Shown here one piece after another: positions 47,682-57,831 of a DNA stretch of 64,000 nucleotides. The stretch comes from a virus. A program made the position numbers and the translations under genes. The stretch's first letter is position 1, and each line of letters starts with the position of its first letter. The stretch is taken from IMG/VR virus record IMGVR_UViG_3300047323_000304, positions 64,001 to 128,000 of that record. One strand, 5' to 3'. The notes beneath the pieces were generated by a model that was given only the letters and a program-made list of their open reading frames with translations, was not told the origin of the DNA and ran no database searches.

Positions 47682-47942
47682 CTAACTAATAGTTAGCTCA
47701 AATTCCTTACTAATATCTTCATTTGTTTTTAAACAATATCCTTCAAATTCAAGTTCTGAATCATCTAATGTCCAATCTATCATTCTAATCATTGCCAAAC
47801 CACCATATATAAATTTACAATATTCTTCATCGTTAAAGACTTTATTTGCATTGTCATTCATCATAGTTACTAATTCTTTTAATCCTTCAGATAATTCTGC
47901 TCTTTGTTTAATTATTAAATCTTTATTCTTCAATGTGTTCAC
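47682..47942 (-). CDS. Hypothetical protein
   Basis: RBS AAGGAG. Confidence 0.6.
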   Translation of the reverse strand: MNTLKNKDLIIKQRAELSEGLKELVTMMNDNANKVFNDEEYCKFIYGGLAMIRMIDWTLDDSELEFEGYCLKTNEDISKEFELTIS

Positions 47943-47949
47943 TCCTTAT

Positions 47950-48192
47950 TTAAAATAATTTATACCATAACGCTTTTAATGTTTTCTTCCATTTTCCTTT
48001 TATAAGTTCATATCCATCAATGTATACTTTTCCATTTATTTGAGTTGAATTATTACCTTTCATATTATCATTCCACTTATATTCTATTCCATCAATACTT
48101 GTACTTCTTTTGGTTGAACTAGAAATACAAGTATGTCCATTTTGCATTTGAATATTCAATTTTATTAACCTCCTATAAGTTGTTAAAAACAT
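47950..48192 (-). CDS. Hypothetical protein
   Basis: Co-oriented ORF. Confidence 0.55.
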   Translation of the reverse strand: MFLTTYRRLIKLNIQMQNGHTCISSSTKRSTSIDGIEYKWNDNMKGNNSTQINGKVYIDGYELIKGKWKKTLKALWYKLF

Positions 48193-48351
48193 TAACTTAT
48201 CGTCTTTTAATCATTAACATCTAGAATTTGTATATTACTAACGCCTACTGCTGAACTATCCATACATTCTTTTATATAATCTTTTATATCCGAATCATCG
48301 GAAATACCTTCTTCATCTATAAATAAATCAAATTTGACTGTATATGTCATA

Positions 48352-48678
48352 TTACTTATCCTCCTCTTTACTATCTATAACTACTTTATATGTATAGCCT
48401 TTCTTATCATAATTCCAATCACTGTTTAAGTTCCATTTAATCTTGTTTTGATTTAAGATATCTATGCATTTAATTTGATCTTTAGATAAAGAATTAAATT
48501 GTTCGGCTAAACTATTTGCAAATTTATTACACTTTTCACTTAAATCTTCTATGAATTTTTCGATGTCTTTAGTATCTAAATTATTATTCTCTAATTCTTC
48601 TTTTATGTATTTAAAATCCTGTAAACTAAAATTTTCATACCCCACAAATCTATTTATTAATTCTAGAAATTCATTCAT
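48352..48678 (-). CDS. Hypothetical protein
   Basis: RBS AAGGGGA. Confidence 0.65.
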   Translation of the reverse strand: MNEFLELINRFVGYENFSLQDFKYIKEELENNNLDTKDIEKFIEDLSEKCNKFANSLAEQFNSLSKDQIKCIDILNQNKIKWNLNSDWNYDKKGYTYKVVIDSKEEDK

Positions 48679-48739
48679 TTTTATATCCCCTTTATTATTC
48701 TTTATATTTTATTAATATCCTTTTAAAATCAAGAACTTA

Positions 48740-49411
48740 TTAACTTATGTCTATATCTTCTTCATCAGATAAATACCATTTACCTTCTTTAATTACTGTT
48801 TTATATTCTCTTGCATTAAAGAATCCCATCACTACGTCCATGAGTAAATTAAGTTGTAAGTAGCCTTTATTGCTATACTCTAGAAACCACTTATATTCTA
48901 ATTCATCATTATTAAATTCTTTTAATGTTATATCTGAATTTAATAAATCGTTCATTAATTCATGCTCAACCTTACATTTCTTATTTGACTCAACTACTTC
49001 CATAAAACCAACTGGTTGTGGAATTGGTATAAATACTCCATTGATTAAATAATCATATGGTTTCATAAAAGTATATTGGGGATGGCATTTCCAATCCATA
49101 TGTTTATCTTTATCCCCTTTATCCCCTTCAAGACTTCTATAAATTATCATTGTATTATTTTCTATATGTTCTCCATTGAAGATAACTTTAAATTCTGTTC
49201 CTACAGGCATTCTCATAGCTTCAATTATATTTAAGCCTTTCTTTTCTTCTATTTCTTCAAATCTTTCACTTACAAATTCATAAGCATCTCCTATGTCTTC
49301 TAAAATATATCTTCTATTTATTTCTTTTGCAACAGTATATATTTTATTTTCTTCTAATCTATTTTCAAATCCCAAATTATTTATACATCTAACTTTTTTC
49401 ATTCTATTCAC
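48740..49411 (-). CDS. Modular hypothetical phage protein
   Basis: KKVRCINN N-terminal module; RBS AAGGAG. Confidence 0.7.
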   Translation of the reverse strand: MNRMKKVRCINNLGFENRLEENKIYTVAKEINRRYILEDIGDAYEFVSERFEEIEEKKGLNIIEAMRMPVGTEFKVIFNGEHIENNTMIIYRSLEGDKGDKDKHMDWKCHPQYTFMKPYDYLINGVFIPIPQPVGFMEVVESNKKCKVEHELMNDLLNSDITLKEFNNDELEYKWFLEYSNKGYLQLNLLMDVVMGFFNAREYKTVIKEGKWYLSDEEDIDIS

Positions 49412-49457
49412 TCCTTAATATTCCAAGTAAAATTTCCATTTGATTGGGATTTTTAAT

Positions 49458-50030
49458 TTATGTATAATACCCTTTATTCCCATTCTTTCTACTTCCTCTA
49501 ACCAACCTCGGTAAAGGTTCTAAATTTAAATTTCTCCATTTTTTACCTCCTACTATTAAAGATACTTCAGATGGAACTATGTTGTATAATTCTGCTATTT
49601 CTTTGTATAACATGTTAGTATTCTTACACAAATCATATATTTCTAATACTTTTTCTTCTGTTAATGTGCTATAATAACAATCTCTTCCAACTCTTTTACC
49701 CAAAGTATAACTAGCATGTATTTGGTTTTCTTTTTTACTAACCCATTCTAAATTGTCATCATAATTGTGGCTTTTTACTCCATCCTTATGATTAACCTCT
49801 TGTCCATCTAATGGTTTGCCTATGAATAAATATGCCACTGCTCTATGTAAACTTCCTGCATGAAACCCATCCTCAAAAGTTATATTACATTGTAAATATC
49901 CATCTTTATTAGGGGTACAGTTTAATAGCTTTCCCTTTTTACCAATAATCCTACCTTTATTTGAAATTTCATATCCATTATTTATTATCCATATTTCATC
50001 TTCTAAACTTTCTATGTGTTCTTTTCTCAT
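49458..50030 (-). CDS. HNH homing endonuclease (HNH_3-like)
   Basis: YEISNKGRI, LHRAVAYLFI...EVNHKDGVKSHNYDDNLEWV; C-terminal HTH. Confidence 0.88.
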   Translation of the reverse strand: MRKEHIESLEDEIWIINNGYEISNKGRIIGKKGKLLNCTPNKDGYLQCNITFEDGFHAGSLHRAVAYLFIGKPLDGQEVNHKDGVKSHNYDDNLEWVSKKENQIHASYTLGKRVGRDCYYSTLTEEKVLEIYDLCKNTNMLYKEIAELYNIVPSEVSLIVGGKKWRNLNLEPLPRLVRGSRKNGNKGYYT

Positions 50031-50166
50031 TTAAAACCTCCTTATTTTAATCTTTTCGTAAATATTCTTTTTATTTTATCTAATATACTATTTTATATTA
50101 AATCTTTAGTTTATAATTTTCTATTCTTAAGTTATAATTTATTTATGTATTAATATTAATCAAATT

Positions 50167-51093
50167 CTACCTATATGTATTATTTATGTATTTCATTCTG
50201 CTATCTGCCCAAGTATTATCATTGGCACATGGATAAAATAACATATGTGTGTTGGGATAGTATTCTAAAATATGTTGCCATTCATTTAATATTATGTCTT
50301 TGTTTTTATGTTTACTTCCTGCTACGTTAAAGGTTAAATCATCATCATGACTAAGACTCCAGCGTACAGTATCATTTTGAGGTAATGTGGTAGGTGTATT
50401 TACACCGACTTTAGTATATTTACCATATCTATTTATTAACTCATCACTTGAATATATAACTTCCCCGTATATAAATAGCGTGTCTTTATTTGGTATGCTT
50501 CCTAATACCCTGTCCCAATAATCTGAACCACAATTAGGATCGTCAGGTAGCTCAATATGTCTCATCGCATCTATTCTAAATCCATCTACATTTGATGATA
50601 AGAGTTGCTTTAAGTAATTAATATGTAAGTCCTGTAAATCGTGACTGGCAGTATTTAAATCTGGAAGTCCTATGCAACCTTGAGTACATTCATCTCTATT
50701 TTCATAATCCTTTATTTGAAATGGTGAATGGAAGAAATCTGGTCTTAATCTTATTTCATCTTCTACTTCTATACTAGGTATTAGTTCTTGATTTCCTCCT
50801 CCATTATTTCCTACATGATTAAAGACTACATCAATTATTATTTTAATATTATATGTATGCGCTAAATCACAAAGTTCTTTTAACTCTTCCTTTGTTCCTA
50901 ATCTATTTCCGATTTTATAATTAGTTACTTGATATGCTAAATACCATGTAGGATTGTGCTTTTCTTTATGTTGTTGTAATGGACTCAATTGAATAATATT
51001 AAAACCTTGTTCAGCGATTTTAGGTAAGTTTTCTTTAACTCCTTGTATAGTCCAATTAAATGCTTGAAAAATTAATTCTCTCTTTTTATTCAT
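50167..51093 (-). CDS. Alpha-amylase (GH13) catalytic domain, no signal peptide
   Basis: IFQAFNW, GFNIIQLSP, YQV, DVVFNH, GLPDLN, DGFRIDA (nucleophile), YGEVI (acid/base), SHDD (third catalytic Asp). Confidence 0.92.
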   Translation of the reverse strand: MNKKRELIFQAFNWTIQGVKENLPKIAEQGFNIIQLSPLQQHKEKHNPTWYLAYQVTNYKIGNRLGTKEELKELCDLAHTYNIKIIIDVVFNHVGNNGGGNQELIPSIEVEDEIRLRPDFFHSPFQIKDYENRDECTQGCIGLPDLNTASHDLQDLHINYLKQLLSSNVDGFRIDAMRHIELPDDPNCGSDYWDRVLGSIPNKDTLFIYGEVIYSSDELINRYGKYTKVGVNTPTTLPQNDTVRWSLSHDDDLTFNVAGSKHKNKDIILNEWQHILEYYPNTHMLFYPCANDNTWADSRMKYINNTYR

Positions 51094-51223
51094 ATTATTT
51101 ATTATCTCCTCTTAATTTATTATTAGTTATCATCTCCTTTATTTAATCTTTGGTTTATAACTTTATGTCCTATGTATAAACGTAATATATAACTTAGTTT
51201 ATAATTTATTTTATTTATGTAAT

Positions 51224-51511
51224 TTAAACAAGTCCTTTTTTAATCTTATTTAATATTGATATGTATCTATCAACAATTCCTAATTCTTCAAGATACTCGG
51301 TTATATTCCACTTTCCATTTTCTTTTGCTTGTAGAACAATGTTTACACCCCATTCTGATTGATATATATCAGAAATCTTTTCATAAAACTCTGAAATATT
51401 TAGATTATTTTCATTACAATATTCTTCTATAAGAATTATTAAATACTCTGATTTCATTAATAACACATCCTTCTTTTGATTTCTCTTAAATTCTTCAAAC
51501 CATTTATCCAA
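51224..51511 (-). CDS. Hypothetical protein
   Basis: Co-oriented ORF. Confidence 0.6.
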   Translation of the reverse strand: MDKWFEEFKRNQKKDVLLMKSEYLIILIEEYCNENNLNISEFYEKISDIYQSEWGVNIVLQAKENGKWNITEYLEELGIVDRYISILNKIKKGLV

Positions 51512-51942
51512 TCTTCAACTGTTGTAGGATAGTCAGCCTTATTTAGACCAGCTATATCTATTGAAAAATCATTTTTACAATTATCTTGTTTATTATCATT
51601 ACTCATAGTATATATTTTATGTACTGCTATTCTATATGTTTCTTGGTCTAAATAGATTCGGCTTGTATTTACTTTTATATCATTACTTACTTTATCAATT
51701 ATGTCCCCTTGTTCTACTAGTAGTGTTTTTACCTCTTTAGTTTTAATTAAGATAGGAATTTCAAAATATGGTTTCTTATCCTCTAGATCAGATTCCCATT
51801 TATTCTGAGCCTTTTCAATTTCAACTAATTCCATGTTTATTCTTTCTGTATTTTCTTTTAACCTTTGTTGTAATTTTTCATTTTTGCTATTTTTAAGTTC
51901 TTGTGCTGATTTCATTTTAAATCTTTCCTTTCTTTTTAACAT
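51457..51942 (-). CDS. Hypothetical protein
   Basis: Downstream of the promoter at 51972-52000. Confidence 0.6.
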   Translation of the reverse strand: MLKRKERFKMKSAQELKNSKNEKLQQRLKENTERINMELVEIEKAQNKWESDLEDKKPYFEIPILIKTKEVKTLLVEQGDIIDKVSNDIKVNTSRIYLDQETYRIAVHKIYTMSNDNKQDNCKNDFSIDIAGLNKADYPTTVEDWINGLKNLREIKRRMCY

Positions 51943-51971
51943 TATCTTTAATTTATTTTACTCTTGTTATT

Positions 51972-52000
51972 ATATTACAACTTGTGAATATGTTTGTCAA
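51972..52000 (-). promoter_or_regulatory. Sigma-A promoter TTGACA-N17-TAATAT
   Basis: Preceded by AAATAAATTAAAAATAATAA. Confidence 0.65.
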
Positions 52001-52202
52001 TTATTATTTTTAATTTATTTAATTAGTTATGTAAAAAATTCCTAGTAGTAATAACACAAAAACAATTAGAAATAGATTAAAACTAAACGTTACTATTAGA
52101 GATAAGATTACTACTATTGGTATTGAAATTAATATTAATAATCCAATTATAAAAAAGCTTCTCAAAAAATCACATAATTTTGCCAAATTACTTACCTCCT
52201 TT

Positions 52203-52218
52203 TAAAATTAAATTTTTA
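52203..52218. repeat. TAAAA-N6-TTTTA site (perfect)
   Basis: TAAAA TTAAAT TTTTA; contains the stop of a short upstream ORF. Confidence 0.55.
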
Positions 52219-52388
52219 TTGTTTCTCAAATTTTCTTTTAAGAAATTCACATTTTTCATTATCATCATCAATGACGTAATAAAAATAGTCATTTTCTTCA
52301 ATTAACTCATATAATTTATTCTTTGTTATATTATTACTAAAGCCAACATATAAGCACTTAATAAATGTCATCATTATCTGTTCCTTTC

Positions 52389-52583
52389 TTATTGATTTAC
52401 TACTGGCTCATAATATTTAGCACTTCTAGTTATCCATTTACCATCCTCATAAAAAGTAAAGAATGGATATCCATGTTTATATTGAACCGAATAAACTTTC
52501 TTTTTTCTTCTAGTACTTGAGGCTTCATCACAGTATGTTTCTGGCTTTTTGCTATATACATAAAACATTATTCTTCCTCCCAC
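52389..52583 (-). CDS. Hypothetical protein
   Basis: Co-oriented ORF. Confidence 0.55.
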   Translation of the reverse strand: MGGRIMFYVYSKKPETYCDEASSTRRKKKVYSVQYKHGYPFFTFYEDGKWITRSAKYYEPVVNQ

Positions 52584-52769
52584 TCTATAAAATCATTTTT
52601 ATCATCTATATTTGCAATACAATCACATTCTTCATTTGAACAAGCATAAATCCAATAACCAAGTATTTCATTAGAATCAATTAAATCCATTTCTGAGTTG
52701 CATTTTTTACAATTCATATTTATCTCTCCTTATATTTTATTCAACTCTTGATAAAGCTAAAGTTTTAGT

Positions 52770-53738
52770 CTAACTTTTGAAATATTTATATAAGTCATCT
52801 CCAAGTTTATATAAAGCATGATTTGCAATGTCCATTGACGAAAAATATACTTGTCCATATTCTTTACCTCTGTTTCTCCATTCAATTCTTAAATTATTAT
52901 TTTGAAAAGCTATATAATATTTCATTTGTTCTTTATTATCCCAATCAATTTCTTCTTCATTATTTAAATCAGCAAATTGTTGTATTCTTCTATGTAATAA
53001 TTGTTCAAATGCAACTCTTTCTGCTTCTTCTTCAGTTTTATAATAATTTAAATTTTTAATTATATTATCACTTATCTTATCATGTCCATAATATATATTC
53101 ATACTAGGAATTCCTTCTGAATTTATTACCCAAATTAAATATCCTTCTTTAGGAGTCCACAATTTCTTTTTATTATCTTCTTTCTCAATTTCCCTTTGTA
53201 ATAATTCCATCTTTTTAGCTAATTCCTTTTGTTGATTTTTAATCACTTCCATAGTTTCTAATATTTTTTGTTTATCCATTTTAAGTTCATTCTCCTTTTT
53301 GGTTATTTTAACATAGTAATCATAATTATTTACTGTTAATGTTTTTATAGCGTTCTTCCTTACTCTAAATTTATTATTGTTTGAATAATTAACTATTCTT
53401 ACTATAGACTCTCGAACATCGATTAATTTTCCTTTAAAGATATCTCCATCAATAGTTGTCACCTCTATTTCAAGTCCAATAAGTTTATCTATTGTTTTTA
53501 TAATACTTTCATTATTATCAAATATATTATAACTCATTTTTATTTTATTCTCCTTTTTTGTTAATTTTAAATTAAAGTTTTGCCAAACATAATTTATACC
53601 TTCAACAGTATAAAAAAATCTATTACCATCATCATAAATATTTACTATTTTTCCTTTATGTCCTATGAATTGTTTCTTATATTCTTCTGCGCCATAATAG
53701 TTGTTAACTATTTCAACTTCGTCATTTAATTCTAACAT
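52770..53738 (-). CDS. Modular hypothetical phage protein
   Basis: SH3-like N-terminus, Sm-like middle, C-terminal NYYKTEEEAE...DW...KYYI module. Confidence 0.7.
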   Translation of the reverse strand: MLELNDEVEIVNNYYGAEEYKKQFIGHKGKIVNIYDDGNRFFYTVEGINYVWQNFNLKLTKKENKIKMSYNIFDNNESIIKTIDKLIGLEIEVTTIDGDIFKGKLIDVRESIVRIVNYSNNNKFRVRKNAIKTLTVNNYDYYVKITKKENELKMDKQKILETMEVIKNQQKELAKKMELLQREIEKEDNKKKLWTPKEGYLIWVINSEGIPSMNIYYGHDKISDNIIKNLNYYKTEEEAERVAFEQLLHRRIQQFADLNNEEEIDWDNKEQMKYYIAFQNNNLRIEWRNRGKEYGQVYFSSMDIANHALYKLGDDLYKYFKS

Positions 53739-53790
53739 CGTCTAACCCTTCCTTTTGTTATTTATTTCCAAATAAAAATATTTTAGTGGT

Positions 53791-54117
53791 TTAATATCCA
53801 ACAACTGTTAATATTTCTTTATCTTTCATAAAGTGAACTAATCTACTTCTCTGTATAGTTAAGTTAATATCTTTACCTATATTGTCAGTACAATATTCAT
53901 ATGTATCTCTATCTGTATTTATAGTGTGTATCCATCCATCATGAGTATTCATTTTTACCCTGTTGCTTTCGCCTTTTCCAGAACTACGATGAGTATCTAA
54001 TATAGTTACAGTTTCAACTTTAGTAGAAATAGGTTCTTCTCTAATAAGTTCAAAAAGACCTCGTATACCAACTATTATCATTAGTATAACCATTATTATT
54101 ATAATTTTATTTTTCAT
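53791..54117 (-). CDS. Membrane-anchored hypothetical protein
   Basis: N-terminal TM IIIIMVILMIIVGI; RBS GGAGGTG. Confidence 0.7.
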   Translation of the reverse strand: MKNKIIIIMVILMIIVGIRGLFELIREEPISTKVETVTILDTHRSSGKGESNRVKMNTHDGWIHTINTDRDTYEYCTDNIGKDINLTIQRSRLVHFMKDKEILTVVGY

Positions 54118-54163
54118 TATTCACCTCCTAAAGACACGATAAAAGAAGTATCTTATCGTCTTT

Positions 54164-55405
54164 TTAATTTCTAAATGGATCATTATCTTCAGTATCAATA
54201 TCCACCCATTTAATCCATTCTTCCTTTTCCACAATTCTAACTGGCTTAACTTTTTTAAATGTAATTGTATTATCATCTACACTTACAATGTCTTTATATT
54301 CTACTTCTAATTCTAATAATTTTCTATTTTCATTATCTTTAGAATAATATGAACTGCATTCAATACTATCATTATAGTTGCAGTATATTTGTTTATCTCC
54401 AATAGTTGCCATTATTTCTTCATTTAATTTATATTCAAATTCTTGCCTATTCCATTTATAACAACTAATTAATTTACCATCTTTTGAATCAACAAACTTA
54501 TAGAATTTTTTATCTTTAAAATATTCTTCTGCTGAAACTTCTTCATACTCCCTATCCTTTTTCTCATGCAAATCATCTAAATGTTTATATGCATTAATCT
54601 TATATTTGTTTTCATTAATTTTTATGTATTTAATAGGTTTGCCTAATATTGATTCAATTAAATCATCTACATCATCAAATTCTATCTTCTCATCTTCTGA
54701 TATCCCTTTGAAATAATCTTCTTCTAAGTATAAATCTTTTAATTTGTTTACTACTTCTACTAAATCAACTTGTCCATCTTCTTTAATCTCAACATCTTTT
54801 AATATCTTGCTGAAGTCTAATCCATACATTCCTCCCAGTTGTTCCTTTAATTCTTCTATTGTATTGATTTCTAAATTCATACAAGTTAATAAGACTCTTA
54901 TAAACTCCGATTTTGAGATGTTATAACCTTTATTTTTATACTTGTCAACTCTTAACATAGACATGATTGGATAATCTGTATTACTATTAAAATTTAATAT
55001 ACCTTGTATATTATCTAATAAGAAGTCATCATGTAAAATAAACTCCTCAGTTTTAAAATCAAACGCTCCCATGCATACAGTAAAATCAAATGTATCAAAT
55101 ATTTCTTGTGCATTTTTAAATCTTTTAAAATGAATTAATTGCACTAACTTTTCTCCCTTTTTAAATAAAGTAGCTTTCTTTGTATGTGCTAAAATCCAAT
55201 TAGAATCATAAACATCAGCTACAACATCTACTAAATCATCATCACTTCTAAAATAAACATCAATATCATTAATATCTTTATTAGTAAAAATACTATTAAT
55301 ACAACCCCCAGCAATAATAACATTACCATTTTTAAATGTCTCTACTAATCCCTTTCCTAAATAATTATATAATTTTCTTTTTTGAAATTCATAATTTGTA
55401 CTCAT
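54164..55405 (-). CDS. Pol-beta-superfamily nucleotidyltransferase-like protein
   Basis: IIAGGCINS...DINDIDVYF (GG...DxD); QLI...IFDTFDFTVCMGA; RVDKYKNKGY. Confidence 0.75.
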   Translation of the reverse strand: MSTNYEFQKRKLYNYLGKGLVETFKNGNVIIAGGCINSIFTNKDINDIDVYFRSDDDLVDVVADVYDSNWILAHTKKATLFKKGEKLVQLIHFKRFKNAQEIFDTFDFTVCMGAFDFKTEEFILHDDFLLDNIQGILNFNSNTDYPIMSMLRVDKYKNKGYNISKSEFIRVLLTCMNLEINTIEELKEQLGGMYGLDFSKILKDVEIKEDGQVDLVEVVNKLKDLYLEEDYFKGISEDEKIEFDDVDDLIESILGKPIKYIKINENKYKINAYKHLDDLHEKKDREYEEVSAEEYFKDKKFYKFVDSKDGKLISCYKWNRQEFEYKLNEEIMATIGDKQIYCNYNDSIECSSYYSKDNENRKLLELEVEYKDIVSVDDNTITFKKVKPVRIVEKEEWIKWVDIDTEDNDPFRN

Positions 55406-55593
55406 TATTTATTACCTCCAAACTTTTTAATAAACTCTTCAAATGTGTATCCTATTTTAGTTTCAACTTCACCTATGTAAAAACTTGATGGGTCTTTCCA
55501 TTGAATATCATCTAATACTTTTTCTACTGTTTCATATTCTCTTAATACCTCGCCATCATATCCACAAACCAATGCAAATTTCATATCTTTCAT
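55405..55593 (-). CDS. Hypothetical protein
   Basis: RBS AAGGAGA. Confidence 0.6.
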   Translation of the reverse strand: MKDMKFALVCGYDGEVLREYETVEKVLDDIQWKDPSSFYIGEVETKIGYTFEEFIKKFGGNK

Positions 55594-55664
55594 TCAATTA
55601 AAATCTCCTTTACTTTTAATTTTATTTTATTTAATTCCATGTAAATTGACAATCTTATGGTCTT

Positions 55665-56021
55665 TTAACTCATATCTATTTCAGAATATCCTTCATCTTC
55701 AACAAACCATTTACCATATTTAAAGCCAATTATATTTAGATCAATTTTCCCGTCCTCTATATTTTTATTAAATTTATCTTCAGAAACTCCACATTGTAGA
55801 AATACATTCTTAACTTCATCATCAATTACGATATATACATAATTACAATATTCATCAATATCAATATCCTCAGATTTTATTTTAGGTATCAATGTATTTA
55901 TCAATTTCAATTTTTCATCCACACAATTGTCACATATGTCATCTTGAATTGTGAAATCATAGTAATAATATTCGTGTCCACATTCCCCACACACTTTCTT
56001 TTTTAATTCCGATGTATTCAT
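55665..56021 (-). CDS. Zn-binding hypothetical protein
   Basis: CGECG...CDNC; RBS AAGGAGG. Confidence 0.65.
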   Translation of the reverse strand: MNTSELKKKVCGECGHEYYYYDFTIQDDICDNCVDEKLKLINTLIPKIKSEDIDIDEYCNYVYIVIDDEVKNVFLQCGVSEDKFNKNIEDGKIDLNIIGFKYGKWFVEDEGYSEIDMS

Positions 56022-56376
56022 TTTTCTTCTTCCTCCTTAATATCTAATATAGCCTATTTTACCAGTTTGAATGTTTTTAACTTTATAATCATTACAATCT
56101 TTTCCTATGTATTCATATTTATTACTATCATATCCTTGTACTTGCAAGAATGATTTAAATTGTTCTGACATTATTGATTTCTTCATAATTTATTGCTCCT
56201 TTAATATTATTAATTTATTATTTATCTAAACAATGTAGTATTATATCGTTTCCCAATAAAGCGTACCCTACTAAATATCTTTTCTCATTAATAAATATAA
56301 TTTGATTATTGTTGAGTTTTAATGATTTCTCTTTATTTTTAAAAATTCTAAACATATTTATCATCTCCTATTCGAC

Positions 56377-56392
56377 TAAAATCTTCATTTTA
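56377..56392. repeat. TAAAA-N6-TTTTA site (perfect)
   Basis: TAAAA TCTTCA TTTTA CTTG. Confidence 0.65.
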
Positions 56393-56415
56393 CTTGTTTA
56401 TAATTTATTATTATA

Positions 56416-56607
56416 TTAGCCATCATTAGAGTTTTTAGTTAAGATCTGCTCTATATTTAAATCAACTTTCTTAGCTATAATCCAAGTACCATATTCCTTA
56501 CTTGCTAATTTTATTGCTCTTTCTTCCGTTTCAGCTACTATAGTTTGTTCAATATATTCATCATAACCATAGTCATCTTCTCTTTCTAAGACATACACAT
56601 TTAACAT
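56416..56607 (-). CDS. Hypothetical protein
   Basis: Overlaps the upstream stop. Confidence 0.6.
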   Translation of the reverse strand: MLNVYVLEREDDYGYDEYIEQTIVAETEERAIKLASKEYGTWIIAKKVDLNIEQILTKNSNDG

Positions 56608-57092
56608 TATTTCACCTCATTCAAAATATATTTTAAAACTTTAATATTCTTTAAATCAATTTTACCAGTAACCCCTTGATAATCATCATCGTCAAAAGTA
56701 AATTCAAATTCCATTAATTTATCTACCTCAAACAACATTTCCCAATCTTCTTCTTGATTAATCCCTTCAATATCATCTGAAAAATATCCATCGTTTAATA
56801 TAACATGCCAAGCATCAAATTTAGATAATAATACTTTATCTTCTGGTAATTCAACTTCTAATAATACATAATCATCGTCTAGTGTACTTTCAATATGAAC
56901 GTGGTCTAATGATAACCATAACCATATAGGATACTCATTATTATAATCTTCTAATCTTTTATACATTTGATTCATCATCCATTTATAATATCTTTGAAAT
57001 TCTGATATAGCATATTGTTCATTTCCTACTAGATAATCTTTTTCTTTTGCTTCATTCCATGCCTGTAATGTTTGTAATGTATAATACTTCAT
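56607..57092 (-). CDS. DUF3841 family protein
   Basis: YTLQT...YKWMMNQM..RL...PIWLW...VLLEVELPEDKVLLSKFDAWHVILN. Confidence 0.8.
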   Translation of the reverse strand: MKYYTLQTLQAWNEAKEKDYLVGNEQYAISEFQRYYKWMMNQMYKRLEDYNNEYPIWLWLSLDHVHIESTLDDDYVLLEVELPEDKVLLSKFDAWHVILNDGYFSDDIEGINQEEDWEMLFEVDKLMEFEFTFDDDDYQGVTGKIDLKNIKVLKYILNEVK

Positions 57093-57116
57093 AATATTAA
57101 TCCTTTCATTATTGTT

Positions 57117-57368
57117 TTAACTATTTTTAGATTTTCTCAAATATTCATCTATACTTCTTTGAAAATGCTCAAGATCAACAAAGTCTGCATTTGTTATATT
57201 TCCCATAACATCCTCAAATTCTGTGTCAGTTACATCTATATTTCTTTCAATAAACCACTCTAATATACTATCTTCTATTCTTCTTTGTTGTTTTTGTAAA
57301 TCTCTTATCTTTAATGTCTTTACATATAAATGTTTAGGTATTTTTATTTCATAAGGCATTTTATTCAT
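57117..57368 (-). CDS. Hypothetical protein
   Basis: RBS AAGGAGA. Confidence 0.65.
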   Translation of the reverse strand: MNKMPYEIKIPKHLYVKTLKIRDLQKQQRRIEDSILEWFIERNIDVTDTEFEDVMGNITNADFVDLEHFQRSIDEYLRKSKNS

Positions 57369-57591
57369 TAAATATCTTCTCCTTTCATTATAAAATTATT
57401 GATTTAACTATTTGTCTCTTATTACTTTTCTATTCTCTCCCCAAACTTCATGGCACTTAGAACATTGATATTCTCCACCTTCATCATCATATCCAAACCA
57501 TTCTACTTTTCCTTCGCAATAAGGACATACATAATAACTATCTTTAAATATTTTTAATTCTCTATGCTTAGACATATTCTTTCACCTCATA

Positions 57592-57813
57592 TTAATAATC
57601 TTCGTCAAATATTATAGTTGCACGTATTTGTTTATTATCTTCAAAATAGCCAACTTTTTCTGTTTTTCTACCACCAATAAATTCTTTTATTTCTAAAGTT
57701 ATTAAATTCCTATCAAATGTATTAGTATTCTCCTCAAGAATATAACTTAATATTTTTACTTTGCTTGATTCATCTATTATTTTCTTTACCATTTCTATTC
57801 GCCTCACTTCCAC
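57592..57813 (-). CDS. Hypothetical protein
   Basis: Co-oriented ORF; exact start uncertain. Confidence 0.55.
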   Translation of the reverse strand: MEVRRIEMVKKIIDESSKVKILSYILEENTNTFDRNLITLEIKEFIGGRKTEKVGYFEDNKQIRATIIFDEDY

Positions 57814-57829
57814 TAAAAGATAGATTTTA
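57814..57829. repeat. TAAAA-N6-TTTTA site (perfect)
   Basis: CTAAAA GATAGA TTTTAG, 2 nt from the stop at 57832. Confidence 0.65.
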
Positions 57830-57831
57830 GA

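Noticed and set aside
50106-51207. 14-bp direct repeat TTAGTTTATAATTT flanking the amylase gene
   Set aside because: AT-rich and similar to the genome-wide AATAAATTATA variant of the A-rich element, so not specific evidence of an insertion.
46520-55657. Two-mismatch palindrome candidates (46520, 48724, 50058, 53770, 55642)
   Set aside because: Expected by chance at this AT content, so excluded from the site count even though several sit at gene ends.
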